Source: Narcine bancroftii (lineage: Eukaryota). Taken from it: a stretch of DNA of 64,000 nt. Positions 1 through 13,670 of this stretch are shown in pieces (positions within the stretch are counted from its first letter, which is position 1; each line of letters starts with the position of its first letter). The position numbers and the translations under genes are program-made. The DNA lies in the NCBI RefSeq assembly GCF_036971445.1, contig NC_091480.1, positions 82,584,001 to 82,648,000 of the forward strand, written 5' to 3'. The notes beneath the pieces were generated by a model. The model saw only the letters and a list, made by a program, of their open reading frames with translations, ran no database searches and was not told the DNA's origin.

Positions 1-21
1 ATAGCTGGTGTGAATTATTAC

Positions 22-183
22 CTTTATCTGGTAGTCTCGTTGAGCCATATTTTGCACATCCTCTATCGCACGTTTCATAAGAGCCTCACGGAATTCGTTT
101 ACAAATTCTCGCTGCACTTCCCTTCCTCCCTTTTCTGCAACGACTGAATAAATACTGTTCTCAGCTCTGGCTCGTCCTCTGGC
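22..183 (-). CDS. DHX58: LGP2 coding exon 9 (motif VI and pincer); gene continues left of the window
   Basis: Translated by hand: ARGRARAENSIYSVVAEKGGREVQREFVNEFREALMKRAIEDVQNMAQRDYQIK. 162 nt, AG/GT flanks. Confidence 0.95.
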
Positions 184-1246
184 CTTGGAGAAGTAGATAA
201 AAGCCAGTCAATGATGCAACAGGAAACCACAGTGATGTGTTCAAAAGGGTTACCTTCTGACAAGGCTGAAATACATACAACAACCACGCTGTGCAGGCTG
301 GGGAGTTACATTCAGGGTAAAACGGAAGGCTGATCGTGAGATGATAAACAGGGGCGTAGCCAGGTTAGGGGGAGCGAGCACATGAAAGAGGCACCACGAC
401 ACGTGCCGGATGGCAAGCCAGAGGTTACCAAGGGCTGGACAAACACTGTTTCATCTGGTTTAAATGTACAGTTCCAAAGATAATAAACTTGAATTTGAAG
501 AAGGTTGTATGTGCTGTAGAGTGGATTGATTGGGATCATCAACTCTAGATCAGCTGGAATGACACTGTAGTTTTACCAAAGCCAAAAGTAATTGAAAGGA
601 TAAGGTTCGAGCAAAGGTGCAGTTTGAGGCAGGTGGATGAAATTTAAGATGGGGGGAAAAATGATAACCTCGGTCTTCCACATACTCTGAAAGAGACCTA
701 ACTCACACATGAATGCAGGAGAACTGAGGACACGTGGGACGCGGCAATGATTCTTTGGCTGTGGAAGATGCTGTCAATGGGTGGCTTGATGATGAGAGGA
801 GAGACACAGATACTTGATGAACTTTGGGTGTGGCAAGTTGGAGATCGTCAAGACCAGAACCCAGCAATGCAAATGCTCTCAGTTTCTCTCATTGGAGAAA
901 AATAGCTACAGTCATGTACAATATAGTTTGAAGCTTTAGTTCGAGCTGTTTCAATGCCATGGGGAAGGAAACCAGATTGTTTTTATAGCACCTGGGAGCA
1001 CTGGGAATCACAAATTGACTATCAAAAGATTTTTTATTTTGGTGGGAATAAGATAAAGTTTAATACCAGTTTTGATATCATGTACAGATTCAGTTATAAT
1101 GATGGATCCAAAAGATTAGCTAGCCTGTTCTCAATCCAAAACCTTAATCCAATTTACCTTTTCTTCTTCCTGTCTCAGGTAAAATCAAAAATGGATCCCA
1201 TTCCTTTCAACATGTTTCAACTTAATTTTAATCCACAACACCAGGT

Positions 1247-1960
1247 CAAGTCAAGTTTATTGTCATTAACAACCTGATGAAACAGCGTTCTCTGGTCCTC
1301 GGTGCAAAACATGCAGACACACAACCGGACATAACATGTACAGACAAACAATACATACTGTATGCAGGACAAGTATTTAATCTATATAAATAAATAGATA
1401 CTGTTTCATGAATGCAAGAGTCTCAGATGGTTAGTGTGAACTGTTCCTTTGCTCACTCAGCATTCTCACTGACCAAGCGAAGAAGCTGTTCCTCAGCCTG
1501 GTGGTGCTGGCTCTGAGACTCCTGTATCTCTTCTTTGACAGGAGCAGCTGAAAGATGCTGTATAGAGGGTGGAAGGGGTCTTCAATGATTTTGCGTGCCC
1601 ACTTCAGACAACAATCCTGGTAGATTAAGTCAATGTGGGGGGTGGGGGGGAAAAAAGGGAGACCCCAGTGATCCTCTCTGCCATTCTTATGATCCTGTGG
1701 ATTAACCTCCGATCCATTTCTCTGCAGCAACTGTACCACACTGTGATGTTACTGGCCAGGAAGGTCTTGATAGAGCTATAGAAGATTTAACACAATGGTG
1801 GCCGGTAACCGGTAGCCTTCAGTCTTCTCAGGAAGAGCAGTTGCTATTACGCCTTCCTGACAAGTGAGGAGGAGTTGAGTGTACTGTAGTTAACCGAACT
1901 CCAAGGAATTTGGTGGAACTAGGTGGCAGTGTGGTCCATGTTGATGCGACATGTCTCCAA
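1247..1960 (-). mobile_element. Rex1/Babar-like LINE 3' fragment
   Basis: ORF remnant ARKIIEDPFHPLYSIFQLL..KRYRSLRASTTRLRNSFF is typical of the Rex1 C-terminus. Related fragments at about 2490-2640, 6550-6850 and 55480-55700. Confidence 0.75.
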
Positions 1961-2838
1961 CAGGCAATCACTTCTTGAGGTCATCTCTGTCAATGTTGGT
2001 GACTACTTCCCCAAATGATTTTAAGAACTTGAATTCCAACCCCAATTATCCTCTTTTCGTTAAGTATGTATTTTAATCCATGCCGTTTCTCCATGTTAGT
2101 GATTTACAATTGATTTTCAGGCAGTACTTAACCTATATTTTCACTTGAACCCAGTCTATTCTTCACATGGACATAAATTACATCACAGGTAATACCGAGT
2201 CCACAACATTTTATAGGGCTCTGAAAGTTCTGAAGAAATATTGTTGACCTGAAACAGTAAACTGTTTCTCTTCCCACAGATGTGACCTGTTGAGTATTTG
2301 CCAGCATTTTTATTTTCATCTTCCTGTTCATTATCATCTGATAGTACACATACAACTCTATGAGACTGCATTTCTCCAGACAATGGTGCGCGCGCACACT
2401 CTCTCTCTCTCACACACAGTATAAACAGTATATACACCCATAGACCTTTTTTTTGGGATGATTTACTTGATAACATGATACTGTTCATCTATCCCACAGC
2501 CTGCAGGAAGAAGCTATTTCCTAGCCTGGCAGTCCTGAGTTTGATGCTTCTCTACCTCCTCCTTGATGGTGTAGCTCAAAGATATTGTGTGCCTGATGGA
2601 AAGGGTCCCCGATCATGCTTTGAGCCCTATTTAAGCAATACTTCAGGACTGGTTTCCATCATCCAAAAGCATGAAAGAGGAATTATCCAAAGTGATTTCT
2701 TTGCTTTGTGTACTTTCTCTGGATTTCTGTCTTTGATGAGCAGGTGGTCTTCATTTCACCCGTAATGTAGTGTGAAATGTGGGGTCATGGCTCCCATTTG
2801 GCAAGATATTGAATTCTGAATATAAGTGATCAATTTAC

Positions 2839-2988
2839 CTGCATCATAGCGATTTCATTGGTGATAAGTCCATAGCAGATGATGGTGTTGCATCCTTTTA
2901 TGTCGAGGCCTTCTTCTACAACACTGGTAGCAATAAGGAGGTTGACAACACCATGCCGGAATTCTTTAATAGCTGCCAGCTGCTCTTG
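2839..2988 (-). CDS. DHX58: LGP2 coding exon 8 (motif V)
   Basis: Translated by hand: [50 protein letters not shown]. 150 nt, AG/GT flanks. Confidence 0.96.
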
Positions 2989-3201
2989 CTGAAATAAACA
3001 AAATCACACAAAAAATTAATGTTGATTTGAATAAGATCTCATAGCCTTACTCCCTACTTCTTGTCTGCTGTGAATACAAGGTCAAAAGCCAATCCCAGAT
3101 GATGGTATGATGGTATGGTGTCCGTTGGCAGGCATGGGTGTACTGGGCCGAATGGCCTGTTTCCAAAACACTTCGTCTCACCCAGTGAAGAATTAGCAGT
3201 A

Positions 3202-3797
3202 CCGTTTATACTCATGTAATAGTCAGCCCTTTTTTTCTTTCTTTGGTTTGGCTTCGCGGACGAAGATTTATGGAGGGGTAATGTCCACGTCAGCTGCAGG
3301 CTCGTTTGTGGCTGACAAGTCCGATGTAGGACAGGCAGACACGGTTGCAGCGGTTGCAAGGGAAAATTGGTTGGTTGGGGTTGGGTGTTGGGTTTTTCCT
3401 CCTGTCTTTTGTCAGTGAGGTGAGGTCAGCCCTTTTACTCTGCCCCAAAATTGCGTGTTTTCCAAATCACCGACGTAAAAATTGACCTCCCCCCACCTCT
3501 ATTTTTGGCCCAGACCGCCTGCCCTTCTGAGCTCCCCACGTTCCAACTGCCCGCCCGACCCCCCACCCACCCAAGCTCCTGAAGCCCTGACCACGAATCT
3601 TCATCACGGTTGTCCACCCATCCAAGCTCCAGATGCCCTGAACACAGACTTAACCCCCACAAACCCTGGTCATCCGAGCTCCCTATGCCTTGAACGATGC
3701 AGGAACTTACCACGGTTGAAAGTAGTATCCATGTAAAAGTTGACCACCCTCCCAAAAATAGGTCCAAAAAGCTTGACTATTACATGAATAGATATGG
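3202..3797. mobile_element. Tc1/mariner (pogo-like) non-autonomous element, interrupted by an RTE insertion
   Basis: TIRs CCGTTTATACTCATGTAATAGTC / GACTATTACATGAATAGATATGG flanked by TA on both sides. A similar element lies at about 7800-8265. Confidence 0.75.
3234..3424 (-). mobile_element. RTE-clade LINE 3' end (5'-truncated) with TSD
   Basis: Matches the 3' end of the 22820-23753 copy; GTCAGCCCTTT(T) is duplicated on both sides. Confidence 0.88.
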
Positions 3798-4089
3798 TAG
3801 TTCCTTGCAAGGCGATGACCTCTCCCATTCCCAAATTGCTGTTGGCCCTCACCTGCTTGATGACAACTCTAGAAGTAAAGCAGAAAAAACCCGTACCTTG
3901 ATGCTTCTTAATAGTTAGGGTAAAAAGGGGGTGAATTCCATTTACAGGGAAACAAGTGAATGCTTTACTGGTGGCATTTGAAATGAACCCTAGGTAACCT
4001 CAGCTATTATTCCTTAATTTCAATTCACATCTACCTACAGCCTCTCCAATACAAAAAACATCTCTACCACACTTGCATGCTGCACCCTC

Positions 4090-4800
4090 TCTGACACAAT
4101 AATTTATCACACCACAACTAAGTTTGGTTCAACATGATGAAACGAGAGATTAAATTCTAATTTTTCAGATAATTGCTTCAGATGCAATAAAGAAATAAGT
4201 GCTTTTCTACATTCTACATGGGAATGTTCAAAATTAAGACCCTTCTGGACAGAACTGGGTTTATTTTTATGTAAGTTAAGTTTCCTCAAGATCCAAATAA
4301 TTTTTTTACTTTGAAATATTTTTGACACAGAATTAAATAAATTTCAAAAATAATTTGTTGAAATAGCCCTAGCGATAGCTAGAAAATGTGTGGCAGTAAC
4401 TTGGAAATCAGATGTGTATTTGGGAATGGGTAGATAGCCAGACTGAAATAGGTCATTGTATACCACTTGAAAGAAATTACATATAAATTACCTAACAAAT
4501 TTGAAATTAAAAAAAAATTGGAATCATATTTACAAATTGTAGGAATTGTAATCGCCCAACCTGAACCTTCTGTCTTCTAAAATTAAGAAAATTAAGATAG
4601 GTTAGATTTTATTTGATAGTTTTAGTAAGTTTTTATAAATATTATCCAGATGTTTTCTTTCTTCTTTTTCTATCGGTTTGTTGGGGGGAGGGGGAGAATT
4701 TTCAAAAAATCACTATGTATTAATTTTTCACTATTTTCAAATAAGGAATTTATTGTATGTTTTTTAATGCATATGTGAAATTAAATAAAAATTTCACAAA
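4090..4800 (+). mobile_element. L1-like LINE ORF2 3' end and UTR (degenerate)
   Basis: Remnant CFRC...HSTWEC (CCHC) and IARKCVAVTWKSD motifs; AATAAA and A-rich end. Confidence 0.7.
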
Positions 4801-5324
4801 AAAAATAACACGATGAAACGTCAGTTCTGTTTGAACTGCCATAATGACCCGCTGAGTATTTCCAGCATTTTGATTTTCTTTCATTGCTTTCCTCAGATTA
4901 CTCTCCCTCCCTTCTAAACCATCCGAGTGAATGGCTTTATTGTGGAGTTTAGATGCTCCCTCTTTTCCCATTTAATTATTTTTTCATAAAAAGTGGATCA
5001 GACAAAAAGAGACAAAAGGTGGAAAATCAGCTAAGCTGGTCTGTGTGACCATCTCCATCAAACATACATCTTTCTCCAAGACACATCTGTAGTGGATTGT
5101 CCTTTGCTCTGTCAGCTATTCTATGGAGTTCTCCCATTGGCCTTGTGTTTAGTTTTATATTGATATTAACAGACTATAATTTGTTCTTTGTACATACAGC
5201 AGGAAGTTGCTTGCAATGCAACACCAGTGCTTGATAACCAAGGTCTTTTTTATTTTCCCTCTAATGTATTCAGGAAGTGTTACTTTCTGGAGACGACCAG
5301 TGAGGTAAAAATAAAATAACAGGA

Positions 5325-6301
5325 CAGTACAACTCCGATGATCCAAAATCAGATTTTCCAAAATCCTCATTGATCCAAAATTTTTTGGAGGTGAGCAGAC
5401 GTCACTTCCAGGTCCAAAACAATTTTGGATCAATGAAGATTTTGGAAAACCTGATTTTGGATCATAGAAGTTGTACAGTACTGTGATTTTATTTTTACCT
5501 CACTGGTCATCTTCAGAAAGTAACAAGATATCTGAAACAATCAGAAGTCCTCACTTAACCAAAATTTTTTCGGAGCCGAACTGGCCTCACAGGTTGAAAA
5601 AAATTCACCCAACATGAAATTAGATCAGCGTTTGTCCTCGTTTCAGGTCATTCCCTCCCATCTCTCTTTCCAGTTCTTCTTTATCTTCCCCATTTACTTT
5701 CCTCTCCAACTGTCCCTCTCAAAGTGTGTCCCTGCTATTAGTGGTCGGAAGAATCTCTTGTACCGGCATCATCAAGGAGAGTGGGCTCCCGGGCAGGAGT
5801 GGGACCTCGGGTTCAATGACATTCCCTCCCTCCCTCCTCAGCACACGGGAATTCCTGACGTCGACTCCAAACCCTCCCGCCCCCCCGGCCTAGACCCAGA
5901 TGCCAGACTCCTCGGTGTGCCTGTGCAGCAGCCTAAGAAAGGATTCGGAGTTGGGACTTGGGCGTCAGGAGCTGCGGTGACCAGGGAGACAGGAGCCCAC
6001 AGACTCACCAATAAGTGTTCCACCGGGCCGGGAAGCATCCCCAGGGATCAGCGGCAGCAGTGGGGACAAGTTGGGAATCGGGCGGTGGCAGTTGGGAGGT
6101 CTTGGTGATCGGCGACAGCATTGCGGCCAGCAATTTTTTGCTGAGAATTAAATATTATTTTAATGCTTAAAAAGCCTTCCTTGTTGTTGTTTAAACATTG
6201 ATACAAGTGATTGGCTGTGGCTACTGGGCTTCTTTTAAAATTTGACCAGTTTTCCGGAAAAAAAAAGTTTATCCATTTCGGATAATCAGAATTGTGCTGT
6301 A
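5325..6301. mobile_element. Tigger/pogo-like non-autonomous DNA element with internal inversion
   Basis: Starts CAGTACAACTCCGAT and ends ATCAGAATTGTGCTG|TA. Related copies at about 33690-34040, 41630-41885 and 53339-53760. Confidence 0.65.
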
Positions 6302-7068
6302 CTTCAAATTAATCGCTAAAAGAAAAGTTGAATGGACTAATCACTGAAACTCGATGAGAATGTTATGAATGGTGCCTCGTCATTCTCACCATGAAGAGAG
6401 TCAGTTTGGTCTTAGTTTGAATATTTTCATTATTGCAAGGTTGGTGTCAGAGAGTGAAAGGAAAAATTCGCGATAGCTCCTTGAGAGTAACTAGTAAATT
6501 CTGCAAAGAATCTCCAGCATCGGGCCAACCTAGTTTGATGTGGCTAGGTTCAGGTTCAGATTTATTGTCAGAGACCCCAGTGATCCTCTCTGCCACTTTT
6601 ATGACCTTGTGGATTGAACTCCGATCCGATTCTAAGCAGCAACCGTACCGCACTGTGATGCAGTTGGCCAGGGCGCTCTCGATAGAGCTCCTGCAGTAGG
6701 TTGACATAATAGTGGCCGGTGTCCCTGACTGCTTCAGTCTTCTCAGGAAGTGCAGTTTCTGTCGCGCCTTCCTGACAAGCGAGAAGATGTTGTTTGCCTA
6801 TGATAGGTTACGAGTCAAGTGAACTCCAAGGACCATGGTGCTCTCCAATTCCCAACATTCACCTTATTACCTTTTTTTTTAAAAAAAAAATTGGGTATCC
6901 ATTGTACAAAGGCCTGGGGGTAATGTCGATTTTCTTGAATTCTAGTTCATCACTTCACGTTATCGAATCATTAAGATTAAGGATCGCTACCATCTACACA
7001 CTCCATTACTCGGTCATACTTAGCGCAAGTGAATGAGCTGCCCTGCACAAATGGCATTTCCAACTAAC

Positions 7069-7322
7069 CTGAGTCATGTGCTTTGTCTGGCTACTGGTAC
7101 CAGCCCCCGTTAAAGATTTTGCTTTGATGTCAGTCACTTTCAACCGTTCATTGTTTTTAATCCAGCCAAACAAGGCATGGGTACTCTGCCGTGTTTTAGT
7201 GAAGATAATCCCTTGGAAGTTTGGGACCGCACAACGCTCCAGGAGTATGTTTTCCAACATGTTCAGCTTTGGATTTTCATAGTCTTTGTTCAGTGCTAGT
7301 AAGAGCAGCTGATCTTTATTAT
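7069..7322 (-). CDS. DHX58: LGP2 coding exon 7 (Hel2, motif IV)
   Basis: DNKDQL...YENPKLNMLE...GIIFTKTRQSTHAL...LTGAGTSSQTKHMTQ. 254 nt, AG/GT flanks. Confidence 0.96.
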
Positions 7323-7442
7323 CTGGCGAATGTGGATGGAAAGAACACCACAAGTAAGAGGATATTACAAAGTTATCACCATTCTATTTTCATTATAACA
7401 ATGGAAATAAAATAATGGAGCTTCTTTTGTAAAGTCCTAACC

Positions 7443-7594
7443 CAGTAATTCCTAACCTTTTTCTTTCCCACTCACATACCTCCTAAGCAATCCCTTACTA
7501 ACCACAGAGCTCCTACGCCATAGGTGCTCTGTGGTTAGTAAGGGATTACTTAAGGTGGTATGTGAGTGGGAAGAAAAAATGTTGAGAACCACTG
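7443..7594. mobile_element. hAT (Charlie-type) palindromic MITE
   Basis: Near-complete palindrome ending TTGAGAACCACTG, with an exact 8-bp TSD TCCTAACC (7435-7442, 7595-7602). Partial copies at about 10237-10315, 13960-14035 and 29603-29802. Confidence 0.9.
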
Positions 7595-8693
7595 TCCTAA
7601 CCATTTCTGCTCTAAAAGTCTGAGTATTCCTAACTTATTCCCCTAATGCAGTGACTGTTCTTTAATATGTAAGCTTGACAATGGGTGTAGTGACTGCCAA
7701 AGGATGATAGCGAAATGGACTCTGCTCACTTGATGTCCAGCAGAGGCCATTTGGGCTAGCAACCATGAGAAGAATCTTTGGCTTGAATCAGAATTTTACA
7801 CACTATATATGCTGGCGAATAGGATAATCCCAAAACTTAAAAATGTCTTGTACACCAGGGCTAAATTCTGAACCTTGACATTGCCGTCTGAGCACCACTG
7901 CCAACTTCCTGCTGGCTCCGACGCGATCTCACGCATGACCTATTGGTTATCCAAGAAGTCTCGGTGCTCCCCCGCAGGGTCCATCTGCCCAGTCCGACTG
8001 CTGTCAGCCCTGTACATGCTTTAAAAGGCTTGTGACAGGAGCCGACGACGGTTTATTTTAAAATATGCTCATAAAATTAAAATCTTTACAAGATAATTTG
8101 GTATTAAAATATTGTGATTTGGTTTTAACAGAATCCACTGGTCAGCAGTAAGTGCCAGTTTTTTTTTTTGGGGGGGGGGGTCATCTTATACAAAGGGTAT
8201 AATTCAAAACCTATATTTTAGGTGGAAATTCCTGAGGTCATCCTATACAGAGTCGGCATACACAGTATTTATCATGGACATTCCCCCTGGCATACTTACC
8301 AATAATAAGTATCATGTTGCCATCCCCTCTTTGATCTCCAAGTCCCACTGTTTTCCCAGTGTATTGTTTTGAATTCAAAATTCTTGTCTTTCAAACTACT
8401 GCAGAACTTTTTTTTATCCCCCAAGCTAGTGCATTATCTGGTGAAGCACCTTTCCACTTCTCAAGCACGGGCAATTCCTCAATAACTCATACAGTCAAAT
8501 GCCAAATCCCTCATCCATTTTTCACCTTTTTTGCAAGCATTCTTGTGGAGATGTTTGGACAACTTCCCTACATTAATCCTTCATAAAAAGCTTCAATTCA
8601 TTCAAAGCCACAACACAGATCTTTCGTAAACTTTATTTTGCTTAGTTGTGGTACTTGTCTGCAAATGTCAGAATCATCGTAAGGCATACGTAC

Positions 8694-8885
8694 CACTATA
8701 TAGCTTAAACAGGAATCGATCTGTTTGATCCAAAACAGTTTTCATTTCTTTTTCACTAACATAGAATTCTTCTAGGTAGTGAAATGCGTCAATCATCTGC
8801 ACTGTGTTGTTGATCAGAAGGGAGTCATTGTACTTCCGAAGGTGGAGTGCGCAGACACGCTTTGCTCTGTTGGATTCAATGGCAC
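8694..8885 (-). CDS. DHX58: LGP2 coding exon 6 (Hel2i)
   Basis: [35 protein letters not shown]...FLFKLYS. 192 nt, AG/GT flanks. Confidence 0.95.
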
Positions 8886-10016
8886 CTGGCATTGTCCAAA
8901 CATGAGAAAAAATTCTTACACCCTCAGATTACATGAATCAGACTAGAAATCCAATCATTTACAAGAATAGGTAGACAGTTTACTCGTTAAATATTAATTA
9001 ATGGAGGATCACAGAAATGCCGGTAGATCAGAGAATCATGATGGATCTTTACAGTAGTTTTACAGTACGAGAAGGTTGTAAGTTGCGGTGCAAAAATTGA
9101 CAAAGAACTGGAGGGGCATCTTTTTCACACAGACATGGAATGAGCTGACAGAGGAAAAGGTAGAGACAGCTACAATTACAATACGTAAAGGGTATTTGGA
9201 CAGGTACATAGATAGGCAACGTTTAGAGGAATAGGGGCCAAATGCAGGCAAATGGGACTAGTTCAGATGGGCATCTTAGGGTGAAGAGCCTGTTCTCCAT
9301 TCCATACATCCCCATGACTTGAGCCATCACATCCATGCCAGTCAAGAAAGGCCTATTTATGCTAATGCCACTTCCCAACTTTTAGTTTGGAACTCAGTAA
9401 TCTGCAATATTTCACCTGCTTGACCAGCCCTTTTGAAATATGATGGGACTTTTTGTTTGCATCAAAGAGGCAGAGAGTTCCGAATCCCCAGCTAATTAAA
9501 AGATCAATCCACCTTAAGCCCATTTCCATTAGTTACTTGCCTCTTTTCCACAGAAAATAGATCATTCTGATTTGGACTACATCGCCTTAATTACATTTCT
9601 TCCTCGCCTCTCTTCTCCCAAAGGAAACCATCCCAGCCCACTGCATTTCTCTTCAATGAAATGTATAATGTGTCAGAAACTCGGACTATTGGATTTGGAC
9701 AAAACAACCCTGGGGAGATCAAAAGCAATAAAACACTTTGCTTCTTCCTTTCCTCATTGGGACATTTGATGTTCAAATACTCTGATTAAAATGAAACAGT
9801 CAGGATATAGGGTACAATTTATCTTCCTTATTTTAGAAGCTCGAGCAAATTATTCATGCTCGAAAATAAGAAAGTGAGAGAAACACAAAAGAATGCAAAC
9901 CGTAGTAAAAACATGCAGGAGTGCTGGAAGAACTCAGCCACAGGAGATAAAGATATACTACCAACGTTTTGGGCCTGAGCCCTTCTTCAAGGAAAAACCA
10001 GTAAACATAATCTTAC

Positions 10017-10143
10017 CTGTTTTTTCCAACTCCACCACAGCTTGTTCATAAATCTGTGTCCCGAAATTCCTTTTAATTGAAGAATCATTTAGGTATGAGT
10101 GAATCCTTGCCATTATCATCTTAATTTTGTCTCCAAAAGGGCT
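10017..10143 (-). CDS. DHX58: LGP2 coding exon 5 (Hel2i start)
   Basis: SPFGDKIKMIMARIHSYL...NFGTQIYEQAVVELEKT. 127 nt, AG/GTAAG flanks. Confidence 0.95.
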
Positions 10144-10729
10144 CTGTGATGAGTTGGGAGAGAAAGTGAAAAAGTTGCAAAATACTTTGGAAACAAAAAA
10201 CTTTTTTTTCAAGGAAAAAAATCTTCATTTTAGATGAGTGGTTCTCAACTTTTTTCTTTCCACTCACATGCCAGTTTAAGAGTTCCCTATGCTATCGGGA
10301 TTACTTAAGGTGGTACAGGGTTCGGGGGGGTGCTAGCCGAGACCTATCTGTAGACAGTGGGGGGGGGGGGGGGAGGTGAGTGGAAGTGGGGGTTGGGTGC
10401 TAGCCTATCATTAACATCGTCTTCCCCTCCAATGTGGGACACGAGGGTGATCCTTTTATTGCATCAGAGATCACTAGACGCCACTGACGCTTGACGCACA
10501 CTACTGATGTGGTCGGGGGAGGGCAGAGAGTCGCTAGCATGTGTCAAACTAGATGCTAGTGATGCAGGAGGGAGTGGGGGAAGGCTTGACAGCCAGGGAT
10601 GGCTGCGACTGTATGGGGAGGCATCCCCCCCCACCCCCCCCCAACCCCCGGCACCAACCCTGGCTCTAAGGTAAGAGATTGACATAACTTCAATGTCCAT
10701 GCACCACAAAAAACCACACACTGCCTGCT

Positions 10730-10910
10730 CTCCCTTTTCCAGAATCTGATCAAGGTTCGATCCAGTCTATGGATGGTGAAACCATCTGGTCGGATCACGG
10801 TGTCTGGTGTGTACTCTGTTAGCCAGGTCTCGGTGCAGCAAACTACTGAGGTTTGCCTTACTTGTCTCTGGTAGAGTAGCCTTGCCCTCAGGTCATCAAT
10901 GTCTTCTTTC
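10730..10910 (-). mobile_element. Rex1-like APE endonuclease fragment
   Basis: DLRARLLYQR..VVCCTETWL..TPD..IRPDGFTIHRLDRT. Confidence 0.7.
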
Positions 10911-11399
10911 ATCAATATTTTTTTTGACAGCAATGTCAGAAAAATCTTGGAAAAATTTAAAATAATTAACATAAATACATACCTTATGATTGTTTACACT
11001 GAACACCTTAAGTTCCTGTGTGTGTTAGTCCCAGTGCTTTTACGTGGAGTCATCAGCTGGACGTTGAATTCATGAGGTGAGTTTTACGGTGCGATTTACA
11101 CTGCAGGCTTCCCCCGAAAAGTAGTTGGGGTCCTGCAGGATAAATCGCGGTGCAGGAATTGATTAAAAATTCCTGCACTTTCCGTTTTAGACTGTCCATG
11201 TGACGGCAAATTTTGTTGATTGTGCCGTTACATGCATGCAGTCTAAAAACCATAACTGTCTTTTGTTACCTCTACAAAAAAACTCAGTTAGGTTTGTGAG
11301 GCACGATTTCTCCTCACAAAGCCAGTCTGACTCTCCCTGAGAAGACTGGACTTCTCTAAATGCTCGTAAATCCTGTCCTTAAGAATCCTCTCCAATAGG

Positions 11400-13670
11400 A
11401 GGCGTGACCATGTGAAGGACTCAGACAGACATGTTTTGATTGAGTTCTCCATGAGAGTATAAAAAAAGATGGTTAAAATCTTAAAATTAAGAACTTTTTC
11501 ACCAAAAAATGGACAAAGCAAGTACCAAGAGACCAAAACAGCAGAAAACAAAAGTAGAGGAAATTTCTACTCAGGCAGGAATATCAAGTAAAACCCTGAA
11601 AGGGATTGGTGTAAGAGTGGCCTTGGGACCGGCAGAGCTGGGGAGTTGGGATAAGAATTAAATATTACCCTGGAGAAAATGGAAAACTTGAGCAATCGAT
11701 TTGGAAGCATCAAAACTATAATGAGAGACATGTTTGAAAGGTTGACTGAAATTAAAGAAATTAATGGAAGCAGAAGTAGACTTGGTAAGAACGCAAGATA
11801 AGCTAAAAGCTTTGGAAAAAGTTGTGACGAAATGGGAGTTGGACAGACAAGGTGTGCTAGACAAGATCGACCACATGGAGAATTTTAGCAGACGAAATTA
11901 TGTACGAACTATTGGATTGAAAGAAGGGATTGAGGGAAGAGTCCCTGTGAACTTCTTTGAAACATGGATCCCGCAAGTGCTGGGAGAAGACAAATTCAGA
12001 GAAAAAAATTACATATTGGAAGGGGTCACTGGACCCTGGGAGCCAGAAGAGCTGTGATCAGTGACCACGACCAGTCCTGGTAAGACTTTTGAGTAATCGG
12101 GAACGGGAGACAATTCTGGGAGCAGAATATGAATACTCTAAGCAAAATAATGGCTCAACCATGAGTGACCATGAAAAAAGGCTATTTTTTTCAAGATTTT
12201 AGTTCTACTTTGATTAAGCAAAGGAAGGAGTTTGACCATGTAAAAAGACAACTGCATTCTAAAAATGTGAACTACTCAAATGATATACCACACGACTCTC
12301 AGGGTCAAAGTAGCAGAAGGTTATTGATGATTTTTCAAGACTAAGAACAAGGTAGAAGACTTCCTGTGAGGTTTATGAAAAGAAGATTGTGAAGAATATT
12401 TACAATGGGACTAAGTAAAAGTTATATTATTAAACGTCTTGTATTTATTATTGAAAAGGAAATTTTATTGGAAAGTTCACCGAGAGCTCAGTAAAGAGTG
12501 AAAACTTGGGAAAAGTAGCAGCAAGGTGGAGACTCTGGTCTCAGGAGGAGAATGACAGCTGGAGAGAAGTTTTAAAAAGGGAGGTGTTCTTTTTCCTCGA
12601 GAGAGTCTGCGACTTTTCTCACAGGTTTTCGGGGTTTTCTGCTTATGCCACCATTAGGGCAGGGACATTGTATGTGTTTTTTTTAAAAAGGGAAAAATCA
12701 CTATTATTTAAACAACCAAAAAGGTTTTATTACTAAACAATATTTGTTTAAAAATTAGTATGGACAGAACGTTAAAATTTATCAGTCTTAATGTTAATGG
12801 GTAAAATGGGATGGTGAAAAGGAAGAGGGTCTTGGCATATCTAAAAAAATTAAAGACAGATGTAGTCTATCTACAAGAAACACATCTTACCAAATCGGAA
12901 CATGTTAAATGAAAAAGAGGGTGGGTGGGACAAGTAATATCATCTCTATTTAGCTCAAAAGCAAGAGGAGTAGTGATTTTAATTAATAAAAATATACCAA
13001 TAATAATAGAAGAGACACTGACTGACCAAGCCGGAAGATTGTAATGGAACATTGAAAAATTTATGCAGAATCATGGACTTTTATGAATATCTATGCTCGA
13101 AGTTATGACGATGAAGCCTTTATGAAGGATATCATTTTTAAAATAGCCGAGGGAAGACAAAATATACCTCTGGTCAGAGGAGACTTCAAATTCTGTCTAG
13201 ATCTAATACTGGATATATCAGCCAGAACAGTGACAAGGGCAAAAGCTTCAAAAATGACATTATCATTGATGGAGGGTTTAAATTTGATTGATGTATGGAG
13301 GCAGCTTAACCCCATAGAAAGAGACTATTCGTTCTACTCAAGGGTATATGATTCGCATACAAGGATTGATTTGTTATTAATGTCTACCCAGTTAAAAAGT
13401 AGAGTGGTAAAAAATGGAAAATTTGGTGAGACTTTTATCAGATCATTTGTCATTAACTTTAACTGTTGCGATAACAGAAAAACAAGAAAGTGCGCATAGA
13501 TGGTGTCTCAATGCCACCCTGACAAAAAGGAAAGACTTTTGTGAGTTCATTAAGAGACAGATAGAACTATTTTGTGAAATGAATCTTTCTTCTACTGATA
13601 ATAGCTTTTTCATATTGGATAGGCTTAACACTTACTTAATAGGACAAATGAACTTTTATACAAAAAATTT
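11400..13670 (+). mobile_element. L1-clade LINE 5' half (5' UTR, ORF1, ORF2 endonuclease), degenerate
   Basis: ORF1 remnant IDHMENFSRRNYVRTIGLKEGIEG. ORF2 start near 12760 (KFISLNVNG, YLQETHL, GDF, SDH motifs), with stops and frameshifts. Confidence 0.85.
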
